Assembly: GCA_031414535.1 (NCBI GenBank)
Contig: JANNVQ010000014.1
Location: 192,001-256,000 of the forward strand
From: Gemmatimonas sp.
GTDB taxonomy: Bacteria; Gemmatimonadota; Gemmatimonadetes; Gemmatimonadales; Gemmatimonadaceae
Direction of reading: 5' to 3'
DNA length: 64,000 bases
Shown: positions 40,376 through 49,373 of the stretch, in pieces
Layout of the letters: the number at the start of each line of letters is the position of its first letter
Position numbering within the stretch: position 1 is the first letter of the stretch
Notes under the pieces: generated by a model
Database searches by the model: none
Seen by the model: the letters and a program-made list of their open reading frames with translations, nothing else
What the model was told of the DNA's origin: nothing
Program-made: the position numbers and the translations under genes

Positions 40376-42109
40376 ATGACCCGCATTTTCGTCCGTGCAG
40401 GCAGAGATACTCGGCCCGACGCTCCAGCAGACGCGGAGGCCTTGGGCTGGTGCGTGGTCGCAGACGCGACGCTGTACTACCAGACTGACTTGCGGTCGCG
40501 CATCGGCGGCACGGCAGGAAGTTCTGCCGAGCTCATCGCTCAAGCCATCGCGAAGGACTCACAACGTGCCCTCGACTGGCTCGAGGGTGATTTTGCGTTT
40601 GTCGCGTGGAAGCAAGACAGCGGCGAGATCATCGCCGCACGTGACTTCTCCGGCAAGCGTCCGCTCTTTTACGCCTCCGCGCCAGACGGTCTACTACTGG
40701 CAAGCGACGTCAGGGCACTACTCGCTGACCCAGCGGTCGACCGACGCATTGACCTCGCCCGGGTTGCCTCAGTGGCGGCCGGACTCTGGGCCCACGGTAG
40801 CGCCACGGGATACCAGGGTATTCACGAGCTCCCGGCCGGCTCCGTGTTGCGCTGGCGGCCCGGCAGCGCAGCGAGCATCACGCCGCACTGGAAGACACCC
40901 GAGCACATCGAAACGCGCCGCCAGCCACTCGACGAGGCCGCCGCAGAGCTGCGCGTCCTCCTCGATGCAGCTGTCCGCGAACGCCTCGCACCGAACGGGC
41001 GCACGGCAGTTTCGTTGAGCGGCGGATGGGACTCTACCGCCGTGTACGGAACCGCCAAAGCGCTCGGCGCGGACGTACACGGGGTAAGCGTCAGCTACCC
41101 TGAGGGCGATCCGGGCCGCGAAGACGAATTCATTCGCGAGGTCACGGCATTCTGGAAGACTTCGCCAGACTTTCTTGACGTTGACGACATCCCGCTCGCC
41201 AGTGATTGGAACGCTGAAGCCGTAGTGCGGCCGCTACCATTTGCACACGTGTATGAGCACTGGAACCGAGCCATCGCTACGCGTGCACGCGCCTCGGGAG
41301 CCACGGTTCTGCTCGACGGAGTCGGTGGCGACCAGCTGTTTCAGTGTGGCGACATCTTCCTCGCGGATTTGCTACGCGGCGGCCAATGGCTCGAGGCCGT
41401 ACATCAAGTGCGGCGACCAGACCGCACTCACGACTGGGCGCGTTTGAAGACTTGGGGCGTTGAGCCGCTGCTACCCGCGTGGTGGCGAGCACGGCGAGCG
41501 CGCCAGCAGAACCGCTTGTTCACTCAAGACTATCTCGAGCGCCTGCCGCCGCGATGGTTTCGGCACAGCTTTCTCCGCGAACATCAGCTCCTTGAACGTG
41601 AGCGCGCGGCACGGCCGCTGCGCCGCACGAGTTCTTTCGTGATGGCTGAAGCGCAGGCCTACATCGAGTTCGCGTACTTTCCCCGCGTGTTCGCGCTACT
41701 CAGCGGATTCGTGGCGGATGCCGGGCTAGAACTTCGCTCGCCCTTGCTCGATCAACGTCTGGTGCGGTTTGCGCTCCAGCGTCCGTGGAGCGACCGGGTG
41801 GATGGCGCTGAGACCAAGAACTTGCTCCGTCGCGCCATGCGCGGACGCCTGCCCGACAGCGTCCTCGCGCCGCGCCCACATCGCACTGGCACAACAAACG
41901 GCTATTTTCTACGCAGGCTTCGCGCGGACGCTTGGCCCGTGGCCCGCACACAGTTCAGTACGCTCCGCCTCGGCGAACTCGGGATCGTGGACCCACACGA
42001 ACTCGAGCGTGCGTGGCAGCACCTCCTCGAGCATGACGACGGCGAGCTCGCCGCACGGTTGTTCTTCACGTTCGCCACTGAACTCTGGCTTCGCTCACAT
42101 CATCCGTGA
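40376..42109 (+). CDS. Lasso peptide cyclase (asparagine-synthetase-like C protein)
   Basis: GDFAF, RDFSGKRPLFY, SLSGGWDST, GVGGDQLF, RSPLLD; no N-terminal Cys; follows B1/B2. Confidence 0.9.
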   Translation: MTRIFVRAGRDTRPDAPADAEALGWCVVADATLYYQTDLRSRIGGTAGSSAELIAQAIAKDSQRALDWLEGDFAFVAWKQDSGEIIAARDFSGKRPLFYASAPDGLLLASDVRALLADPAVDRRIDLARVASVAAGLWAHGSATGYQGIHELPAGSVLRWRPGSAASITPHWKTPEHIETRRQPLDEAAAELRVLLDAAVRERLAPNGRTAVSLSGGWDSTAVYGTAKALGADVHGVSVSYPEGDPGREDEFIREVTAFWKTSPDFLDVDDIPLASDWNAEAVVRPLPFAHVYEHWNRAIATRARASGATVLLDGVGGDQLFQCGDIFLADLLRGGQWLEAVHQVRRPDRTHDWARLKTWGVEPLLPAWWRARRARQQNRLFTQDYLERLPPRWFRHSFLREHQLLERERAARPLRRTSSFVMAEAQAYIEFAYFPRVFALLSGFVADAGLELRSPLLDQRLVRFALQRPWSDRVDGAETKNLLRRAMRGRLPDSVLAPRPHRTGTTNGYFLRRLRADAWPVARTQFSTLRLGELGIVDPHELERAWQHLLEHDDGELAARLFFTFATELWLRSHHP

Positions 42110-43041
42110 CCTCGCGTTATCTCGCCTTCGGCAGTCTGATGGAATCCGACATCGCCTTCCCCGACCTCGCGCTGGGTGGCGAGGGCGATGTACGCTGGCG
42201 AGTGTCGCACGTCGAGGCGCTCGCGCCGATGCACGAGCCGTGCGAACTTGGCCGCGAGACAATCTACGATGCCGTGGCCGCAACGCTCTACGCGCATCGT
42301 GACGGCCGTCGCATCGTGGTGGATGACACCGGCAGCTTCGACCTGCTGGCCGACGGCAGAATCCTCGTGGCTCCACTCGCCACGGCATCGGAAGCCTTCA
42401 TCAGGGCGCACATCCTTGGCCGCGTCCTTGCCACGGCTCTGCACACAGATGGCTGGTTGCCCTTGCACGCGAGCGCCGTGCTCACACGCGAGGGCGTGGT
42501 AGCGTTTCTTGGACCCAAGGGGATGGGAAAGTCCTCCTTGGCCGCGGCGATGGTCGAGGCAGGCGCACAGCTTGTCACGGATGACACGCTGCCCTGCCAA
42601 GCCAGCACGCCCCCCCGCGCTTGGCCAGGCATTCAGGCCTTGCGTGTACGAGACGATGTGCGCGAGGCCCTCCACCTACAGAACGGTAATCCGCTCGACG
42701 TCGACGCCCGACGCTTTTTGGTGTCGCTGGGCGCCGAGCGCCGCTCCCATAAGCCTGAGCCGCTGGCTGCTTTGTTTTTACTTGCGCCCGCCGAAGATGA
42801 ATTGCGTGCAGAGGCCGCCGTGCGCACGCCATTCGCACCCGTGCTTGGCGCGGCCGCCATCACCGCGCACGTGAAGTCCGGCGCAATGTTCGGCCCTGCC
42901 GCCGCTCCCGCGATGCTCGCACGCGCCGCGCAGATGGTGCACCTCGTGCCGGTGAATCAACTGTCCATCGTGCGCGACCTCGCGCGACTTCCCCAAGTCG
43001 CACAGACGGTCCTCGATTGGTACGGGGGTCCGCCGCGGTGA
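42106..43041 (+). CDS. HPr-kinase-like lasso peptide kinase (PadeK/ThcoK-type)
   Basis: LHASAV, P-loop GPKGMGKS, LVTDD. Confidence 0.85.
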   Translation: MTSRYLAFGSLMESDIAFPDLALGGEGDVRWRVSHVEALAPMHEPCELGRETIYDAVAATLYAHRDGRRIVVDDTGSFDLLADGRILVAPLATASEAFIRAHILGRVLATALHTDGWLPLHASAVLTREGVVAFLGPKGMGKSSLAAAMVEAGAQLVTDDTLPCQASTPPRAWPGIQALRVRDDVREALHLQNGNPLDVDARRFLVSLGAERRSHKPEPLAALFLLAPAEDELRAEAAVRTPFAPVLGAAAITAHVKSGAMFGPAAAPAMLARAAQMVHLVPVNQLSIVRDLARLPQVAQTVLDWYGGPPR

Positions 43042-43925
43042 TTGTCCAAGTGGACGGCATCGGCAAATCTTTTGCCGTGACGCCAGGCTGGGCCGCGCTC
43101 GTGCGAGCGCGAGCGGAGCCACGCCGTGTACTCGATGCGGTCAGCTTCTCCGTGAAGGAAGGCGAGATCTTCGGCTTGCTCGGCCCCAATGGCGCCGGCA
43201 AAACCACACTGTTCAAGATTCTCGCAACCTTGTTGGCTTCGGACGAAGGTGAGGCGCACATCGGTGGCTTCTCGGTGAGCGACGACGCGGCAAGTGCGCG
43301 AGCCTTGATTGCGCCGGTGCTGGCGAATGAGCGCTCGCTCTACTGGCGATTGTCCGCGTACGAGAACCTGCGGCTGTACGCCGTGCTCCAAGGTTTGGCG
43401 GCGCATCAGGTGGATGCGGAGATCACGCGCGTGCTCGCGGCCACTGGGCTCAGCGATACCCCGCCTGCAATGGTTGGCACTTTTTCGTCGGGCATGCGCC
43501 AGCGACTGCTTATTGCGCGCGCGCTCCTAGGACGTCCACGCGTGTTGTTACTCGACGAACCCACGCGTAGTCTCGACCCCATCTCGGCGCGCGACTTCCG
43601 TCGCTTCCTCCGTGATTCAGTAGTCCGCGCGGAAGGCTGCACAGTACTGCTCGCCACGCACGATGCCGGTGATGCCTGGGAGCTGTGCGATCGCGTGGCC
43701 GTGCTGCATCGCGGTCAACTCCTCGCCGTTGATGAGACCACCAAGCTGCGCGCGCGATTCGGCGGGCCCCAGCATGCCTTGATTGTGAACTCCGCGGAGA
43801 GAGATCACGCTCGAGCACTCTTAGAAGCCGGCGGAGTGAGCGTCATGCAGGAAGCCCCGCACGCCGCATCGCTGGCCGAACTCATTGAGCGGGCCATCGC
43901 CGATGCAGGGGCTCCGCATGCGTAA
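43038..43925 (+). CDS. ABC transporter ATP-binding protein
   Basis: GPNGAGKT, FSSGMRQR, LLLDEP, H-loop. Confidence 0.93.
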   Translation: MIVQVDGIGKSFAVTPGWAALVRARAEPRRVLDAVSFSVKEGEIFGLLGPNGAGKTTLFKILATLLASDEGEAHIGGFSVSDDAASARALIAPVLANERSLYWRLSAYENLRLYAVLQGLAAHQVDAEITRVLAATGLSDTPPAMVGTFSSGMRQRLLIARALLGRPRVLLLDEPTRSLDPISARDFRRFLRDSVVRAEGCTVLLATHDAGDAWELCDRVAVLHRGQLLAVDETTKLRARFGGPQHALIVNSAERDHARALLEAGGVSVMQEAPHAASLAELIERAIADAGAPHA

Positions 43926-44718
43926 AGCGCTCGCCCTCGCACGTGTTGGCTGGTTGAGTGCCACGAGTTATCGCGTGGCCACGTTGCTGCAGTTCGTGGG
44001 AGTACTCGCTACCATCGTGCCGGTGTATTTCGTCTCGCAAGCCATGCAGGAATTGGCTGCCTCGAGCATCCAACGAGAGGGTGGTGCGTACTTCGCGTTC
44101 ATCGTGGTCGGCATCGCGAGTACCTACATCGTCGCTGCGGCGACCACCGCCGTGTCGAGCGCGATTGCATCCAACCTCGGCTCCGGTACCTTCGAGGCCT
44201 TGCTTGGCACCCGCGCTTCTATCGTGTCTATCCTGTTTGGACTCTCGCTCCACGACTTGGCGATGTCGGCATTGCGTGCCCTCGCCTTGTTGGTAGGAGC
44301 AGCCGCGTTCGGCGCCGACATCCATTGGTTGGCACTGGTGAGCGTCCTACCAATCGTGGCGCTGGTAGTAGTTGCGTATGCTGGTGTCGGATTGGTAGCG
44401 GGGGCGCTGGTCCTCGCGTTCCGCACCGCCGGTCCGCTCGTCAGCATTACCATTGCACTCTCGGGATTGCTGGGCGGTGCGTACTACTCCACGACCGTCG
44501 TACCTGGCTGGCTGCATCCACTGACGGAGTTCGTACCGCTGACGCACGGACTGCGCGCCACGCGCGCCGTGTTGCTTGGTGGCGAAGGTCTCGCGACCAC
44601 CTGGCCAGATGTTCTGCGCTTGGCGAGTAACGCTCTGTTGCTCGTGACTGCGGGTGTGATTGCCTTCGCATTCGCCCTGCGTCGTGCGCGCGGCAACGGC
44701 TCGCTCTCTCAGTACTGA
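43918..44718 (+). CDS. ABC-2 type transporter permease
   Basis: About six TMs, GTFE.LL, P.WL...VPLTH. Confidence 0.88.
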   Translation: MRKALALARVGWLSATSYRVATLLQFVGVLATIVPVYFVSQAMQELAASSIQREGGAYFAFIVVGIASTYIVAAATTAVSSAIASNLGSGTFEALLGTRASIVSILFGLSLHDLAMSALRALALLVGAAAFGADIHWLALVSVLPIVALVVVAYAGVGLVAGALVLAFRTAGPLVSITIALSGLLGGAYYSTTVVPGWLHPLTEFVPLTHGLRATRAVLLGGEGLATTWPDVLRLASNALLLVTAGVIAFAFALRRARGNGSLSQY

Positions 44719-45902
44719 TGAGCACGCTTTCGCCGTCGCCCGAGCTACGCTTCGTTTTCCGCGCCGCCGATCCTCGCTGCGAAGCGCAGGAGCTGCTCGG
44801 CATCGCCGCGCAGATTCAGGATTGGCAGCGAGTCGCGCGCTTGGCAGAATCGGAAGGTGCGACGGCCGTGCTCTGGCGTATGCTGCGGCCAGTTGCCGCA
44901 CAACTGCCCGCGGAGTTCGTGATTTTCCTGCAGGCACGCACGATGCTCGCGGATTTTCGCATGCAGCGCCTCGCGCAGCGCGCGCAGGAAACCGTGGCTG
45001 CGCTTCGGGCTGCCGGCATTGACGTGCTGCTCCTCAAGGGAGCCGCCGTAGGCGCGCTTTGCGACCCCACGTTTCGTCTGCGACCGATGACGGACGTTGA
45101 TTTGTTGATTGCCGAAGCGGACGCGGAGCGAGCCAAGGCCTGCGTGCTGGGTTTGGATTGGATGGAAATGCCGGAGCCGCGTCTGCGCGAGCTGTTAGTG
45201 GGGCATCAACATCTGCCGCCGTTTGTGGATCCCACGCTCGAGGGCCTGCGGCTCGAACTGCACACGCGTCTACTGCCAGCGGATAGTTCGTTTGCATTGG
45301 TGGCGTCTGATCTCTGGCAACACGCGAACCTGGCACCGCCGCAGTTTGCCGGCGCAAAGGTCCCGGATCTCGCAAGGCTGGCCGTGCACACCGCCGTGCA
45401 TTTCGCATGGCAACACGAGATGCGCTTCGGTCCCTGGCGAACGTTTCGCTCGTTTGCCCTGCTCACGCAGCACGAGAGCTGGGATTGGCAGGCCTTCGTT
45501 GCGATTGGCCGCGACGCGCGGGCCAGCACCTCCTGCTACTGGACGCTGCGGATGGCTCGTACACTCAGTGGTGTCGACGTCCCCCGCGCGGTGTTGGCAG
45601 CGCTCGCGGCACCATCGCCTGAGTTTGTGCGTCGCATCTTGGACCGCCACTTCACGGCCGTCTCCGATCCGCTCGAGCGTCCGCCGTCACCGTCGGATCG
45701 TCTGGCAAGGCTGTTGTGGCGCATGGCCCTGCGCCCGCGATGGAGCGGACACCGCACGGTGAGTCGGTTCGATCCCGAACGACGTTGGGAGCGTGCGTTC
45801 AGTGAGACGGCTGAGCCGGCGAGCATGTCGCGCGTCAGGCGCCACGTCGGAGTTCGTGGAGACTGGTGGGCTTTTCTCACGCGTACGATTGCGGGGCGAT
45901 AG
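44718..45902 (+). CDS. Nucleotidyltransferase family protein (lasso-cluster type)
   Basis: LLKGAA, RPMTDVDLL, LELH; last gene of the lasso operon. Confidence 0.85.
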   Translation: MSTLSPSPELRFVFRAADPRCEAQELLGIAAQIQDWQRVARLAESEGATAVLWRMLRPVAAQLPAEFVIFLQARTMLADFRMQRLAQRAQETVAALRAAGIDVLLLKGAAVGALCDPTFRLRPMTDVDLLIAEADAERAKACVLGLDWMEMPEPRLRELLVGHQHLPPFVDPTLEGLRLELHTRLLPADSSFALVASDLWQHANLAPPQFAGAKVPDLARLAVHTAVHFAWQHEMRFGPWRTFRSFALLTQHESWDWQAFVAIGRDARASTSCYWTLRMARTLSGVDVPRAVLAALAAPSPEFVRRILDRHFTAVSDPLERPPSPSDRLARLLWRMALRPRWSGHRTVSRFDPERRWERAFSETAEPASMSRVRRHVGVRGDWWAFLTRTIAGR

Positions 45903-45913
45903 CGGCGCGAACT

Positions 45914-48262
45914 TTACGGACGGTCTACAAGACGTTCGAGTCGCTCAAGACGTGCCTTCAGGTCGTTCACTTCCGAGCGCAGTGTAGCGTTCTCGGCCTT
46001 CAAGGCATCAGAACGCAGAATGAGTTGCTGGACGGCAAAGAGATTGATGCCGTCAATGTCCACGAGCGTGATGGTGCGATCGCTGGTGCCGAGTCCGAAC
46101 GCCGCGCGAAAGTCCTGCGCGGTAGGTCCGACGTGACGCACGCTCGCGTTTTCCGTGGTGTAGCTCCACTCCTCGATTGGCATCGTGCGGATGCTTGAGA
46201 GCACCTGCTCGCCGTCGAGTGCAGTGAAGCTCTGCTTGCGATTGCGGTCGGAGAGGGAGGTCCATGAGCCGCTGCCTGGCGTGAGTTCGACACCGCTCGT
46301 CATGGCGCTGTTGGAATAGAGCGTATAGCCACCAGCTGCGCGCACGACGAACTGATTGTCTGCAGCGGCCGTCACGTTGGTGGTGGTCGAGTTGTCGCCG
46401 AAGACCAGTGCACCCTCTCGTCCGTTTGTTGAAGCCGCTGATCCGAGGGCGACGGATTGAATGCCGCTCGCGATTACATCCACGCCGATGGCCACCGCGC
46501 CAAGAGCAGATGCCTGAGGACCGAGCCCGATTGCGACGGATCCGACACCGGATGACTGGGAGGAGTTGCCGAGGGCGATGCTGCCGGTGTTAGATGCGGT
46601 GGTGAGGTATCCCACGGAGAAGGCAGCCAGTCCGCTCGCGACCGTAGTGCTTCCCATCGCAATCGAGTTTTCTCCGGTGGCCTGCGTTGAGAAGCCGAGC
46701 GAAACTGCCGACGCGGCCGTGGCGCGAGCGAGACTGCCAATCGCGAGGCTCGCCTCGCCACTGGCTAGCGTGTTGTTGCCGAACGCGGTGGAGTAGAGGC
46801 CGATGTTGGCATCGTTCCACTCGCTTAGAGTTCCAGCGTTATCGAGGCGTCCAGCGCGAATCGAGGCCTTGCGCGGATACCACAGGAAGCGCGAGCCCGT
46901 ACCAGCCGGCGCCAAATCGCCTGAGTTGATCGCGCCGCCCGTGGCCAAAATCGGGTTCGTGCCGATGGTGAGGCCGAGCGCTGAAATACGACCGGCCGCG
47001 AACGCACCATCCGCATCACGCTGCACGATTGCATCCGCGGTGTTCAGCGCCGTACCTGAGGCGTTTGTGCCGGCGGGCCCTTGTGGGCCGACGTCTCCCT
47101 GGAGTCCCTGAATTCCCTGAATCCCTTGAATTCCCTGCGGGCCAGCAGGGCCGGTTTCGCCCGTGGCTCCGGAATCACCTTGAACACCTTGAAGGCCCTG
47201 AAGGCCCTGCGGTCCCTGAGGACCTGCAGGGCCGGTGGCACCCGCTGCACCTGCAGGACCAGCGTCTCCTTGGATTCCTTGTGGGCCCTGAGGGCCGGTG
47301 GCACCGGTCAGGCCTTGAAGACCCTGAGCGCCCTGCGGGCCGGCTGGGCCCGTCGCGCCCGCGGCTCCGGAATCGCCTTGAACCCCCTGTAGGCCCTGTA
47401 GTCCTTGCGGACCCACAGGACCTGCCGGCCCTGTGGCACCTACGGCACCAGCAGGACCAGCATCTCCTTGGGCACCTTGTGGGCCCTGAGGGCCGGTAGC
47501 ACCGGTCAGGCCTTGAAGACCCTGAGCGCCCTGCGGGCCAGTCGCACCGGCAGCGCCAGCGGGACCAGCGTCGCCTTGAAGACCCTGAAGACCCTGGGGA
47601 CCAATAGCGCCAGCCGGCCCAGTCAGACCCTGCGGCCCGGCAGGACCAACCGCGCCGGCAGCTCCAGCTGGACCAACATCCCCTTGAAGACCCTGGAGAC
47701 CCTGCGGTCCCTGCGGGCCAGCGGCACCAGTCGCGCCGGCCGTGCCCGTGGGTCCGGTTAAACCCTGCGGCCCGGCAGGGCCAGCAGGACCAACTTCACC
47801 CTGCAATCCCTGCGCACCCGGAACGCCTGGAACACCCTGCGGTCCCTGCGGTCCCTGAGGTCCCTGAGGTCCAATCGCGCCCGCCGCGCCAGCCACACCC
47901 GCTGCACCAGCCACACCCTGCGGACCCGTTGCACCCTGCGCACCAGCCGGACCCTGCGGCCCCACCGGACCCTCAGACGTCCACGTAAACAGCACGTGCG
48001 TCGTCGCCACACAAGTCGTCGGCAGCCCCGCCGCGCCGACTCGATACACCGTGCCCGTCGTCGGCACGAAACACGCACGCAGAGTATCCGCCACGATCAA
48101 GGCGCCGGAGAACGCTGCACCGGCTCCTGCCATCGCAAACGAGGAGGAGGCGCTCAGGGAAACACCGAGCACCGCGGCAATTCCAAGCGCCGTGCCACGA
48201 AAGGTTGTGCGAAGTCGAGTAGACAACTGAAAGCTTCCTGCGAAAAGGGAGTTGAGCGACAT
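45914..48262 (-). CDS. Secreted collagen-like fibre protein with YadA-head-like repeats and C-terminal S74 intramolecular chaperone
   Basis: Signal peptide, Cys-pair N-domain, about 100 Gly-X-Y triplets, A.G..S.A.G repeats, SDRNRK cleavage motif, HVGPTAQDF, coiled-coil end. Confidence 0.88.
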   Translation of the reverse strand: MSLNSLFAGSFQLSTRLRTTFRGTALGIAAVLGVSLSASSSFAMAGAGAAFSGALIVADTLRACFVPTTGTVYRVGAAGLPTTCVATTHVLFTWTSEGPVGPQGPAGAQGATGPQGVAGAAGVAGAAGAIGPQGPQGPQGPQGVPGVPGAQGLQGEVGPAGPAGPQGLTGPTGTAGATGAAGPQGPQGLQGLQGDVGPAGAAGAVGPAGPQGLTGPAGAIGPQGLQGLQGDAGPAGAAGATGPQGAQGLQGLTGATGPQGPQGAQGDAGPAGAVGATGPAGPVGPQGLQGLQGVQGDSGAAGATGPAGPQGAQGLQGLTGATGPQGPQGIQGDAGPAGAAGATGPAGPQGPQGLQGLQGVQGDSGATGETGPAGPQGIQGIQGIQGLQGDVGPQGPAGTNASGTALNTADAIVQRDADGAFAAGRISALGLTIGTNPILATGGAINSGDLAPAGTGSRFLWYPRKASIRAGRLDNAGTLSEWNDANIGLYSTAFGNNTLASGEASLAIGSLARATAASAVSLGFSTQATGENSIAMGSTTVASGLAAFSVGYLTTASNTGSIALGNSSQSSGVGSVAIGLGPQASALGAVAIGVDVIASGIQSVALGSAASTNGREGALVFGDNSTTTNVTAAADNQFVVRAAGGYTLYSNSAMTSGVELTPGSGSWTSLSDRNRKQSFTALDGEQVLSSIRTMPIEEWSYTTENASVRHVGPTAQDFRAAFGLGTSDRTITLVDIDGINLFAVQQLILRSDALKAENATLRSEVNDLKARLERLERLVDRP
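47069..47971 (-). repeat. Collagen Gly-X-Y coding repeat (about 100 triplets) with higher-order duplicated blocks
   Basis: Recurrent [10 protein letters not shown](VQG)D(A/S)G and [19 protein letters not shown] blocks, visible at DNA level. Confidence 0.9.
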
Positions 48263-48296
48263 CTCTTGGGAAACACGGCGCCACGGATCGCGAACT

Positions 48297-48689
48297 TCAG
48301 CCGTTCACAATCCAGGTCCGAGCGAACTGCAACGTGAGACGGAGCACTTCTACTTCGGGCGCCTTATCCGCGCTCGCGCCGCCAGCCAAAGTGTTGAAGG
48401 CCTGCACAGTCGCATTGAATGCCGTGCACGCAGCGGCGCGATCTGCCACGGCTACCGCCGACTCAAGCGCCGCGAGTTGGACGTCCACTGCGGGCGGCGC
48501 GGCCAGCGTCGGGAGCACACGGTCGCGCGCATCCTCTAACGCCGGACGTAGCGCCGCAGCGTTCGTGACCGTGTGCTGGAGAGGGGTGCCCAGTGCGAGA
48601 GCCGTACAATCAATTTGCGGCTCCGTTGGCGCTTCCGTACAGGCGGCGAGCCCGGCAAGCAACGCGAGGCCGAGCAGTCGACTTTTCAC
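48297..48689 (-). CDS. Small helical lipoprotein of unknown function
   Basis: [17 protein letters not shown] lipobox; directly upstream of the collagen gene. Confidence 0.7.
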   Translation of the reverse strand: MKSRLLGLALLAGLAACTEAPTEPQIDCTALALGTPLQHTVTNAAALRPALEDARDRVLPTLAAPPAVDVQLAALESAVAVADRAAACTAFNATVQAFNTLAGGASADKAPEVEVLRLTLQFARTWIVNG

Positions 48690-48839
48690 TTAGATTTTTC
48701 TGTGATGGATTGCGGGAGAGAACCGTCTTGCTGTCCAGTATGCAATCTCCGTGCTGGAACCTAGCCGAGCCGTATCGGCCAGCACACCACGGGCTTGGGC
48801 AATCGGCAACCCATTCCTGGGCGCCAACGGGCCTCGACT

Positions 48840-49009
48840 TGTTGATGCGTGTGCACATAGTTGTTGCGAGAAAGCAACAGTCCCGTGCGTGATGTGGGTC
48901 ACGCGGGGGATCCTGGAGCCGTCACTGTCGCTTAAACTATTGTACAGCAAAGCTTTAAATATCACCGCTATAATTTCTCATCCGTGCTTGAGTCGGCATC
49001 AGTATTGCA
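48840..49009 (+). promoter_or_regulatory. Sigma54-dependent promoter of the lasso precursor with tandem enhancer boxes and IHF-like site
   Basis: TGTTGA-TGCGTG-TGCACA at 48840-48857; perfect TGTTGC-GAGAAA-GCAACA at 48862-48879; TAA-ACTA-TTG at 48933; CGGCATCAGTATTGCA (GG-N10-GC) at 48994-49009. Confidence 0.65.
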
Positions 49010-49057
49010 CTAGTCGTGTCCTGACTGGCCCCCTACTCAGAATTCCAGAGGATGTTG

Positions 49058-49234
49058 ATGTATCAGAAGCCCCAGCTCCAGAAGTTCGGTACCTTCCGCG
49101 AGCTCACACTCCTCGGTCTCAATAGCTCCACCGATGGCGCCGTCATTTTCGGCATCGGATCCCCAGGTTGCTCCACCACCATCGGGAAATGGACTTGGGA
49201 AATTGGCTGCCCTTCCGGGCCGCGCTCCTCCTGA
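49058..49234 (+). CDS. Lasso peptide precursor (58 aa)
   Basis: MYQKPQLQKFGTFRELTL matches the YxxPxLxxxGxxxxxT leader; core LGLNSSTD... has Asp8; GAGGA RBS; terminator follows. Confidence 0.9.
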   Translation: MYQKPQLQKFGTFRELTLLGLNSSTDGAVIFGIGSPGCSTTIGKWTWEIGCPSGPRSS

Positions 49235-49272
49235 ACCAGCGGCACATCGCGTAAACCTCAGTTTGCGCCACC

Positions 49273-49311
49273 ACGAGCCCCGAGCCTCTCGCTCCGGGCT
49301 CGTTTTTCTTT
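49273..49311 (+). terminator. Rho-independent terminator after the lasso precursor
   Basis: ACGAGCCC-c-GAGC/ctctc/GCTC-c-GGGCTCGT hairpin followed by TTTTCTTT. Confidence 0.8.
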
Positions 49312-49373
49312 CCCCGCCGCGACAGCATACTTCCCCAGTCGCGTTGCGCCCATAATTCCCCCGCTCCACCACG

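Noticed and set aside
40353..40379. Mini-ORF MITRQLSS between B2 and cyclase as precursor or frameshift evidence
   Set aside because: No leader motif or acceptor residue; the cyclase reads plausibly from ATG 40376.
47069..47971. CRISPR array
   Set aside because: Repeats are in-frame collagen codons without unique spacers; no cas genes. The heptamer arrays at 52415 and 58350 also lack spacers.
45914..48262. Prophage tail fibre
   Set aside because: Has a signal peptide, and there are no integrase, capsid, terminase or other tail genes in the window.
48969..48974. Sigma70 -10 TATAAT upstream of the lasso precursor
   Set aside because: No -35 element at 16-18 bp spacing; the GG-N10-GC element with upstream boxes fits better, though a sigma70 start is not excluded.
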